From positions 205,305 through 269,304 of the forward strand of contig JAQGDQ010000268.1 in assembly GCA_030141605.1 (NCBI GenBank): a DNA stretch of 64,000 bases, in the 5' to 3' direction. Source of the stretch: Tubiluchus corallicola (Eukaryota > Animalia > Priapulida). Shown here piece by piece: positions 25,020-35,600 of this stretch. Made by a program: the position numbers and the translations under genes. The notes beneath the pieces were generated by a model. It searched no databases. It saw only the letters and a program-made list of their open reading frames with translations, and was not told the DNA's origin. Position 1 is the first letter of the stretch. Each line of letters opens with the position of its first letter.

Positions 25020-27200
25020 ATGTCGTTTCCTCCTCGGCCACCAATGGGCATGCCGCCTGGAATGATGCCACCAGGGCCGTTCATGATGCCAATGATGGTG
25101 CCTACAACTCAAATGATGCCAATGATGAACCAGAGTGACAACCGACCCAGACTCAAGAAAAGCCCAATTCAAGACACAGATAAGGATAAAAAGGGGGAAA
25201 CGTTACCGCCAACTACAGTTTTCGTAGGCAATATTACTGAAAGGGCTTCGGATGTTATGGTTAGACAACTTCTTGCTAAGTGTGGTCCTGTTAATAATTG
25301 GAAAAGAGTGCAAGGTGCATCTGGCAAGTTGCAAGCTTTCGGATTTTGTGAGTACAGCAATCCAGAATCCACCTTGAGAGCCATCCGCCTTTTACACGAT
25401 TTGCAGATTGCTGATAAAAAACTTGTTGTCAAAGTCGATGCTAAAACGAAAGATTTGTTAGAAGAATATAAATCTAAGAAGCGTGAAAAAAGTGGACAAG
25501 CACCACTAGACGATGATAACAAAGAAACTTTGGATGAAGCTACTCTAAAACAAGATGAATTTGCCGTTAATGCTGTGAAAGCAGTTCTACGAGAACATGA
25601 ACATGAATTAAGTAAACCGGCTGAATCTGAAACTGAATGGAAAAAGAAACAAACATATAGCAGAGAGAAAAAAGATAAAGATGAGAAAGACGATAAAAGG
25701 GGGACAACGCTTGATGATGTTGACATGGAGGAAGAAAAGAAGAACTTGATTCATAGAGAAATTCGTAGTTTTCGGAACACTTACAAAGAGGATCAGATGG
25801 ATAGAGAGCAACGTGACAGAGAACAAGAGCGCAGCAGGGAAAGAAGAAGAGAGCAAAGAGAAAGACAAGAAAGGCTTCGAGAAAGAGAACGAAGACTGCA
25901 CAGGTCAGAATCTCGATCTAGGTCGCGATCTCCTTCTCGACAAAGGACAAGATCTAGAAGTAGATATCGCTCTCGTAGCCGATCTAGGTCACGAGAGAGA
26001 TCACGTACAGATCGTGATAAAGAATACGAGGACAAGGAGAATCTTGAAGAAATGCACGAACGCCGGAAATTAGAAAGGAAGTTACGTGAGAAAGAAGCAT
26101 CTTACCAAGAGCGTCTTAAAAACTGGGAAACTAGAGAAAGAAAGAAAGAGCGAGATCTTGAAAGAACGCGTGAGAAAGAGGCAGAGAGGAAACAAGAAGA
26201 AATGCATGAAGCGCGACGTTTAAAAGAATTTTTAGAAGATTATGATGATGATAGAGACGATCCCAAATATTACAAAGGTAGTGCTTTAAGTAAGCGATTG
26301 AAGGACAGAGAAAAGGAAATAGATGCCGACAACAGAGACAGGCAGCGTGAAAAGGAGGAGTTAGAAGAGATAAAGATGAGACTAATGGAAGAAGGCGCTG
26401 AAGATGTTGATGGTGAAATTGAAAAACTGGAGCAAGAAAGAGAAGAGCACATGAGACCAAGACTTGTTTTGGTTCCCTCACCCATCACTGACACAAAACC
26501 ATTGAAAGCAGAAGTTGCGGAGGAGAATGTACAAGAGGGAATCATCTTTCCTGCCCCACCTCTTCATGTTGATGAGAAGAGTCAAACACAAAGCGATGAC
26601 GACGACGATGAAGATGATGATAATGATAATAATGGAAATGAGGACAATGTACTATATAATAATTCCCACGACGATACTGTAGAAAATCAGAATGAGGACA
26701 AAGTTGAAAATGTTTCTGGCAAAAAGAAAAAACTAACTGTTAGCGATGTTTTTAGCCGTGATGGTGATGAATCTGCCGAACAAGCACCTAAGAAAAGGAA
26801 ACTTGTGCCATTAGATTATAGTCCTAGAGAACAATTAGCCGTGCAAAAGCCACTGTCTGCTGAAGAAAAGAAGAAACACATTAAAAATCTTATTGAGAAA
26901 ATACCTACGCAAAAGGAAGAATTGTTTCAGTACCAAGTTGATTGGAGCATTGTTGATAGTAGTTTGATGGAACGGCGTATTAAACCCTGGATTAATAAAA
27001 AAATTGTAGAATATATCGGTGAAGAGGAGCAGACTTTAGTAGAGTTTATTTGCCAAAAAGTTATGGCTCATAGTTCACCAAAAGAAATCCTACAAGATGT
27101 GTCCATGGTTCTTGATGAAGAGGCCGAAGTGTTTGTTGTAAAAATGTGGCGGTTATTAATATATGAAATTGAGGCTAAAAAACATGGTCTAGTCAAATAG
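25020..27200 (+). CDS. RBM25: RNA-binding protein 25 (RRM + RE/RD/RS-rich + PWI), 726 aa, single coding exon
   Basis: MSFPPRPPMG N-terminus; RRM TVFVGNI...WKRVQGASGKLQAFGFCEY; LKEFLEDYDDDRDDPKYYKG; PWI IKPWINKKIVEYIGEEEQTLVEFI...FVVKMWRLLIYE. The track ATG at 24966 overlaps the splice acceptor, so the real start is probably 25020. Confidence 0.97.
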   Translation: MSFPPRPPMGMPPGMMPPGPFMMPMMVPTTQMMPMMNQSDNRPRLKKSPIQDTDKDKKGETLPPTTVFVGNITERASDVMVRQLLAKCGPVNNWKRVQGASGKLQAFGFCEYSNPESTLRAIRLLHDLQIADKKLVVKVDAKTKDLLEEYKSKKREKSGQAPLDDDNKETLDEATLKQDEFAVNAVKAVLREHEHELSKPAESETEWKKKQTYSREKKDKDEKDDKRGTTLDDVDMEEEKKNLIHREIRSFRNTYKEDQMDREQRDREQERSRERRREQRERQERLRERERRLHRSESRSRSRSPSRQRTRSRSRYRSRSRSRSRERSRTDRDKEYEDKENLEEMHERRKLERKLREKEASYQERLKNWETRERKKERDLERTREKEAERKQEEMHEARRLKEFLEDYDDDRDDPKYYKGSALSKRLKDREKEIDADNRDRQREKEELEEIKMRLMEEGAEDVDGEIEKLEQEREEHMRPRLVLVPSPITDTKPLKAEVAEENVQEGIIFPAPPLHVDEKSQTQSDDDDDEDDDNDNNGNEDNVLYNNSHDDTVENQNEDKVENVSGKKKKLTVSDVFSRDGDESAEQAPKKRKLVPLDYSPREQLAVQKPLSAEEKKKHIKNLIEKIPTQKEELFQYQVDWSIVDSSLMERRIKPWINKKIVEYIGEEEQTLVEFICQKVMAHSSPKEILQDVSMVLDEEAEVFVVKMWRLLIYEIEAKKHGLVK

Positions 27201-28401
27201 CTGCAAAGTGTTTTTGTTCAGACATCAGTTTTGTTGAAAAAGTAATTTGTTGTTGTATTAATGACTGGTGCGTTAAAATATGAATTATAAGTGCATTAAA
27301 TTAACTGTTTAATAAAACTACAATGTTTTAAATCGTCACTAAAGGCCCAGTGAAGCTGAGGACCTAATGTGATCTTTTTGAAGTTCTTAAATTTTTTTAC
27401 AGAATTTTTCATTTGTCGCTTCGAGATTTTAATGCAGCAACGGAAACCTGCATTAAGTATTGATATATTTGAACATTGGTCATACACGTCACGTGGCCAT
27501 TTTGCTTCATGGAAAAAATGTAGTTTTTGAATATGAATGTATAACTTGGTGATCCCTGATTTAATTGCAGGGAAAAGCTTTTCAATGTATTATATAGGTC
27601 ATTTCACTTTTACTGTCATTTATCATGTACATAATTAGGTAGAAGTTGCATCTGAGTTTGTTTGCTTATTTGCACTCTAAAAATGGACAAGCAAGGCAAG
27701 CTTGTGTTTCTTAGATTTCAAAATAGTTTTCGTTTTAGCAATCATACAAAATAAATATCTAGATTAAATATTTTGCGTGAAAGCATAATTATTCTGTAGT
27801 TTTTGATTTAATTAGTTCTGTTAACTGTCTCTGTGAACATTTCTTGACATGATAATGTAAATTTGTGTTACTGTTATAATAAAATTCATTATTATTGAGC
27901 TTGATTGTTACAGATGTTGTGTTAGCCTTGTAGAAATACTTGCTACGTTGCTGTTGAAAAACAGCATATTTTATTTGTTAGACAAAATATGTTTTCGGAT
28001 AGCACGTCAAGTCGAAAGGATAAAGAGTACGAGCATTTAGGTGTCATTAAGCTATTCTTTCCAATTGCTTACAGTTTTGGAGAAACTGGATATAATTACA
28101 ATGGTTATTAAAAAAAACACTCAGTTATTTTTAAGGCTTTTGAAAACTTTACATTTTGCATTCTTCTCATTTACCAAACTGATCTTTTGCAGAAAAATTG
28201 TTATTTCAATCAACATATATGAATCATGTTCTGTTTTACATTTACTGTTCAGAACAGGTTCACAGTTTGTGAATTACCGTCACGAGCCATCACAACAGTG
28301 AGTTTTCTTCACGGTGTTATTTCTGTGGACGCTTAACACCTCATTTTCATTAACATCTGTATTGAACTAGATGAGAAGATTATTACTGAAAGTATTTGCA
28401 A

Positions 28402-28421
28402 CAGAGAGAGAGAGAGAGAGA
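28402..28421. repeat. (GA)n microsatellite
   Basis: About nine GA units. Confidence 0.85.
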
Positions 28422-29534
28422 GTTTCAGTTGAAGAGCTGCCACTGCATTTTTGTCTTAAATTTCGAATAAGTAAAAATACTTGTGTTACACAAAGTACGG
28501 GTGATCTGACACCTATGGGTGTATGTGTATTACTTTGCGTATTTGTTTGCAATAAACATTAATCATAGCAGAAATCTTTTAGCTATAACTAGTACGTCCT
28601 TAGTAGCAAGCTCTTTTTGTGTGGTTGGAATAAGCCCAGCATTTTTGCAATTCAACTCCTGCATGCAAGCAACAGCCTGCTGTTGCCTGAGATAAAGTAC
28701 AAAATACCGACCTTTGACCTTCAATAACCTATTTGGTGTTCATGACCACTACCAATGGTCTGTAGGTTACACCACTTTGATTGCCCGTAAGCTGTCGTAG
28801 CATTATTTTTGTTCACTAACTGACTCACCAACTCACTCGTGTTGTCAAATAGAAGATGAAGACTACAGTCTAGGAAAAACTGAAGTCTGGCTTCAACCTG
28901 TGTATAGCAGTAACTGCATTTGCTGTTATTATTATTAAGTGATTTATTATCTCCGATTATTAGTTTGAAAAGGAAATGCTTTTTTTACCAAAAAATGCTC
29001 TGTCGAAGCATACAAGTTGCCTATTTTTTATTTTTAGATGTTGGAATCCTCTGATTTCGTTGCGTGCTTATATGCTCGCTGAAAGTAATTTACTGAGGTA
29101 GCAAAGTTGACATGGTGCACCACTTCTTGGGGCTGCTAGGGTTACTGACATCCAAGGGGTTTATTTTATTCTTCGCAAACTAATGAGATTATTAAGAAGT
29201 TGATGGTAAAAGTCTACTTGCGACTTTTAGTATTTTTGTCATCCAAAGCAGATTGTTAAATGATTTTGACAGTTTTAAACCTTGTGTTCATGCCTCAGCA
29301 TGAACTTGAGTTCATTTAGTTCATGAATTGAGTTGGAACTGGAACATGAATTGAGTTGAGTTCGTTTGATGATTCAACTTCCTTGTTATATTGACGTACC
29401 ATTTATGCAGAGCTTATGTACGTTATTTACATCTTATTATAAGTGTACACAAATTGTAATTCTGTGGCATATAGCACTACATACAACTCTATGATGTGTT
29501 TCAGCTATTCCAATGTTGAAGTTGAAGACAGTGC

Positions 29535-29694
29535 TGCCACCTACAGGCTGTACTTGCAATCATTGCAGATGGAAGAAGTACCATGTTGCTCGGAGCGTAT
29601 TAAATAAATTCGGCAAAACATTTTTTCCAGGTTTTCCCCGGGGTGCTAACACTTAGTTCTACCTGTTTTCTCGTTTCAGGTATCTTGCAGAGAG
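29535..29694 (+). promoter_or_regulatory. Putative RBM39 promoter / 5' UTR
   Basis: CTCF-like CCTGTAGGTGGCA (minus strand, 29535-29547) and YY1-like CCATGTTGCT (29581). Branch-like GCTAAC and a pyrimidine tract lead to CAG at 29679 and 29690, just before ATG 29695. Confidence 0.5.
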
Positions 29695-32600
29695 ATGGCG
29701 GACGATTTTGACGTGGAAGCTATGCTGGAGGCTCCGTACAAAAAAGAGGTTAGGAAACTGTCATAGATGTTGTTTTACAGTATCAGTCATTTTAATACTC
29801 ATTTTTCTATGTTTATTTGATTTATAACATATTAAACTGCATTGGCTAACTGTGACTAGACGAGTAGTGTCATCTTTTATATTGGTGATACTATGTTTAA
29901 TGAATGTTCAGGTAAGTAATTCTTTAGGTTTAAAAACAGTTTTGCTTAGTTTCTCCGTAATTAAATGCCTACCATGCTGAAGAAAACCTTCACTAATATG
30001 ATTTGAGCATGACTGTGAATTAGGACGTGAGGAATGGCCTATAATTCATTTTACCTATTATGGCTGTATGTAATGTTTTGCATGTCTTTGGTATAGTACA
30101 GCCGTTTTTAGAAAGACATCACGGCATTCATCATTAGTTACTATGCAGAGTTTGTAGGATGGCTACCATTGTTTGTTTCGTGCAAGCTCTAAGAGTCCTC
30201 TGTCAGGCCAGTCTGGAAGTAAGAGAAACATTAATTTTGCTATGACACGTTTACTGGCTGAGCAGTCAACAGCGTTAAATACAAGTCTCATGGTAATGCA
30301 GAAACTCTAAAAGAATTAATTGAAAGCATGAAGATAAATTATATATATTGCCCAAAAAAGTGAAATAAACAAAAATATGTTTTCCATTGGGCTGAAGGTC
30401 CTACACAGCGCATTGGATCTGATTTTGGAACAAGTTAATAATTTATTGTCTTGTTTGTGTAACTTTTATTTTCACAGTGTTTGTTACACAAAGTCACTCT
30501 TGGTTCTCTGGTAGGTATTTTGTCCCTACCTCTTCTTACATACTAAGTAGCAGATGCATCTGACTGCATCTTCCTTGAAGTGCATGTACCTGTTTTAGCA
30601 GGTAAAGGAAGTATGTTCCGACATATCCCTGAAAGGTAAAACTGCACCCTAAATACTATAATACACCTCAGCTATAATTGCAAAATTTTGTTCTTATAGA
30701 CTCAGTTCATGTACAGTAGGTACCATGTGTACCCCAAAGCTGGCTATGCCCTCATGTATATTGGAACGTGTAAGTTTATATTAATAAACGTGTTTATATT
30801 AAACATTTTTTAATAGTTTTCATAATTACGGAGCTGAAATTTAATTTTGTGACTGCTTACTCGATTAATAGAATATTTTGGTTTACTCGATTTTAAAATG
30901 AAACTTGTAAAATGATCTGTAATTTCAACTGCTGTAATTCAGTTCTATAATAATTCATTGTTAGTAGCTGTACAAAAGTGCAAGTTTATAAAATGGCCAT
31001 TCTCTGTCCCTCAGGGCTACACCAAGATGTCCGTCAGATGGTCAACTGATAGCCGACGGTCAGATGCTAGCTCGGTTATATAATCTGGTTACCCGCCGGT
31101 GAAATTAGAAGAACATCTGCGACTTTCCTTATATTGATATCATCTCCTTGTTTGAGATGGTGTTGTTTGATTGTATGAGTGCTGATTTTTTAAGTGTGCT
31201 TAAAGTTTAGTCTTATCATGTTGTATTATGCAATGGAATTATATAACATTTATATTTGTTTCTATAAAGTTATTGTACTAGTAGACATTAGCACTATGTT
31301 TAAACTTTATATTCTTCTGACATTTTTTCCATTATTCTGATAAAACTAGCCTCACATTATAATTTTGCATTTAGTCACTGACATTGTTGTTGATGCCACA
31401 GTAATATATAGTAGGCACCGCTTAATAACCTCAGTCGTTTAATTACTTTAAAATGCCTGGTATGGGCCGCAAGTGTACATAAAGACTATTGGTAATTGAC
31501 TCAAATAACTCGCATAATTGACCCAATATTTTTCCTTCACATATTTAAAATAAGACATTTATGTGTGCCTAAACAGCCTTCCCTACTTTTATGTCATCTT
31601 TACTTGGCCTTTCTGCACTATAATATATGTAGAAACAATTATGTTAAGTATCGTTTTGTTTGCTAGCAGGTACAATTATCATGCGCTAATACGCTAGCAA
31701 GCGGTTTGCTTTATCACGCTTTAACGCTTAATCAGTTAACGGTCAAAGATGCAGGTACAGTAATAAGCCAGTATTCCTTGTGACTTACAAGAGTAAACAT
31801 CATACAGCATAAACAGCACACAGCATCATACTGCATAAATAACAGCATAGAGTTAAGAATTTTGAAAAATGGAGCATAAACGTAAAGATCTCACTGTTAA
31901 AGAGGGTGGAAATTGATTTGGCCATCCGGGTCACATTGCAAATAAATGATGACGAAATCATCATTATTGGAAGGGGCAGTCAAGACGAACCTATAGAGGA
32001 TGAAGAAACCACTTGCAAGGAAACGAGGGCACCACCAACTGAAGCTCAAGCACGCCAAGTGCTATATGTTTTACGAGAATACATGCATCGCACAGCAACA
32101 GATTTTCAACGTTTTTATAATTATGAGAACATTGTGAGCCAACTTCTTTGCGAGAAAATGGAACAGCCGACTTGGAAGGAATTTTTGTAATTTTTGCAAA
32201 TAAACAGACTTGTGTGATTTAGAAAAGTATACCTTTTAATTTATTGCTAATTCACTTATATATTAATATTAATATTTTAAAATACTTTTTGTAAATTTTT
32301 AACTGCACAAAGGAATTTAGGCATTACTTCGTTTCTAGAATTCATTAAAAAGCTTTGCAGTGCATACTAAGCTGGTGACTCATACTTCTATACCAGTAAT
32401 GCTACACACATCGGTTAATAGGTTCAGTCGGTTAATTGGGTCAAAACACTTCGGTCTCAAAGTGGGTCTATTAAGTGGCGCCTACTGTATGTAACCACAT
32501 AGAAGCCTTATTTGGAAAGCATTTTAAATGTCTTTAGAGTTAGTTAGTACAACGTTTTCTTCCTTTCCACCATGGTCTTTTTGGTAAGAACAGTAGATCA

Positions 32601-35600
32601 TATTATTCATATGTGAGCACACATATTTTGATAACCTTGCTGTTTCCTCTAGCATTGTCATTATGATTTTTTATATAAATCATAATATAAACATATCTGT
32701 GATAATTATAAATCGTTTCTGTAGCAACTGTTTTGCAAGGTTCTTCAGTATTCATTTGAATGTGTATGTACTATATTACTATAATAGTAGTGTTTACATT
32801 TGCAGATAAAAACAAATTTTAAAACTGCACGTGTTTCAGCAGTGCCATTCAGTATGATTTGCACCAGGCTATTAGCTGTTGTTACTCGTGCCTACTTGCC
32901 AGAGAAACCAAAACATCTACATTAAGGGCTGCAGTTTAGTGAAACACGTCATTGAATTGTAGTCCATGGGTTACCTGGTACTAGCCTGTAATTTGAATGG
33001 AAATTTCGTTTGTATAGAAAGTGTCTAATTGGTTTGTTTTTTATTTTTTCCCTTCCTCGTGACATTCCTGCCTGCTGTTCCCGTCCTGTTTTTCCCTTGT
33101 CTATTTTCATATCCACAGGATGAAAAGAACCATGACAATGACGATATTAAGGGCGACAGCAAAAAGTAAGTTTGGTCTGTGATTCTGGTGATTAATTATG
33201 CATTTCTCTTAATGTGCTATGCAACTGATAGTGTTTATATTACTTACTTGGTATTGCCTGTAAACAAAGCAAGTATGTGAAACTTTAAACACACTATGTA
33301 GTAGTTTTGCGCAATCTGTTGCACCAATGTTTAGTGACAGTGAGAAGTAATGACAAGAGCTTCATCGTAGGTTTTGATTTTTTGCACCACTCCATTAAAT
33401 TTAAAGGGACATAAAATGTGATGTGTCAGAAAATATACCCTAAGACAACTGTTTTTTTCTCTTATCTTCATTATCCATGTACTTTTATTACTGGTTTCAG
33501 TCTTTTCCCAATGGCAAGCTTTTTTCTTATGTCCACTGATTTATTCAGTTTACTACATTGAGGACAATTGTTAACAGAGGACTAACCATTGTTGGTTTGG
33601 TAACTGAATGGATGCGAACCTAATATTTTGTTGTTCAGTACTCGGAGGTAACTGTGACAAATGATTTATAGTAATCAACAGTGAACTTTCCCAACAGGAT
33701 CCATCTACTTTTCACCCAAAAATGTACTACATTTACATTAGATACACCATACTGAAGTAGGTGGGAAGTGTGGTAGGAGGTCCTTGTCATATGTTGGTGG
33801 GCTGCAAAGCCACATTTTAAGTACACTCAGTCGATTTCCATGTCCTCTGGCAGGTTGTTCATCATTGCAGTTAGCCTTGTTGCTTACCTTATTATACATT
33901 GGTTGCACTATTTGTTGGGAGCTGGCCTAAATCTGCTTCTATGAGACAGAAAAATTTAGGCAATTGAGTAATCATAGTGCGGCATAGGTTCAGCTGGTTT
34001 TTGATATGGGGTAGACTGCTTTTGCTCTAAAAATTGGCTACATATTTTCTTTTTCTTGCTTTGTTGACAAGCAGTGACAACATGCGTAGAAAATAGAACC
34101 TATGTTCTTCCTTTACGTTTTGAAAGGCGAAGCACTATTGGTTTTATAATTCTACTTATTTTTTCATTGTGGCTTCAATTGCATGTATGGTGAAAATTTC
34201 ATCTAACAGGATTGTGTAATTTGTTAAAACAAAAAAATGTTTTAAAATAAGATAGTGCTTTTTTGACACTGCCATGGTCATAACCATAAAGTAAAGAATT
34301 TTTCTCAGACTTAATAGGCATTTTAACCTCTTTTTCGGCTACAAAAAATGTTTATTTTTTTAAATGTAACATTTATGAAGCATATAAATGTTCAACAATA
34401 AATGCAATCTGTAGGATGGAGTCTTCACTGTACGTATCTGTAACAGTTTAAGCCTGTGTTTTGATATTACTGTTTAATGTATGGTAGGTTATCCTGACTG
34501 TAAACTATCTCTGGTTCTGTACACAAGAGTGCATATTGTGCACCTAAATTCAGGTATGTTTGAATTTGTGATCAAAATGCTAACCGCGGATGACGTCGTA
34601 TGTCTTATATATTATAAGTTTCTATTATAAGCTGTAGATAATTGTCTTTCTGGGACATGAAAAATTCAATGTTTGAAATGTGCGTGTTGTGATTGGTCCA
34701 GCAAAATCTGACGGATAATGTGATGAAGATTTAGTTCTGTTGTTATAGCAATGCCATTTGAAAAACCTGTGTGTTTAAGGAATTGTTATGTATAAATGAA
34801 ATTGCTTTACTCTTGCTTAAAATCAAAAGGTTGAATAATCAAACTTTTTTCTGAAAATTGGTTAAAATGATTATGCCGTACACCTATATATATTGTAACA
34901 TTCTTACTGCTCATTTGGTTAGGGAAGACTGTGAAGCTTCCGTCTTTTTCACATTTACTAAATTTGATTAGACGTGTACAACACTGTACCTACTTTCCAC
35001 TAAGGAAATGCTCATCAACTGATCAAAACAGTTATTGTATAATACCTGAAACACAAGGTTATTAATTGGCATTTTTGGTGTTTGTTCTGTACGAAAACTG
35101 TTACTTTTATATCCTCGTGTACAGATAAATATGTGTTAGTTTCAGTTTTTTGCTCACGTAAGCTCGTATTTTTAACAAAACTGTTCGAAAACATTTCAGA
35201 AAGAAGAAGAAACGCAGCAGGAGTCGAAGCAGGGAGAAAGATCGCAATGACAGAGACAGGAGAGATCGGTCAAGACGGTACATGTCGCCTCCTTTTTGTT
35301 TAAAGTTTCATGCGAGTAGCCGGTAACTTGTCCAATTCGTTAATTGGTTCAGTTCTTGTGAACTCTACATACAGGCAACAAATCTACTAATCTCAAATGA
35401 CTTTGAGCCACCTTAATGTTTTTAATGCTTCTGGCACGTACAGTTGAATGGTTGTATGGCTCACTGTAGTTACGAATATGTTAAGTTTGACAGCTGACAT
35501 TAATTTGTATTTTGCTGTAGTTTTGGTACAAAAGTTATTGTATTTTGTTTATTTGTAGGTCTCGGAGCCGTAGCCGTGACCGGCCAAAGAGAAGGTATGT

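Noticed and set aside
25169-26545. Several antisense and alternate-frame ORFs over RBM25
   Set aside because: These are shadows of a low-complexity, purine-rich coding strand with no family resemblance.
33698-33760. Second stop-containing exon candidate in RBM39 (ccaacag|GATCC...TAG|GTGGGA)
   Set aside because: The pyrimidine tract and donor are weak, so it cannot be told from chance without RNA data.
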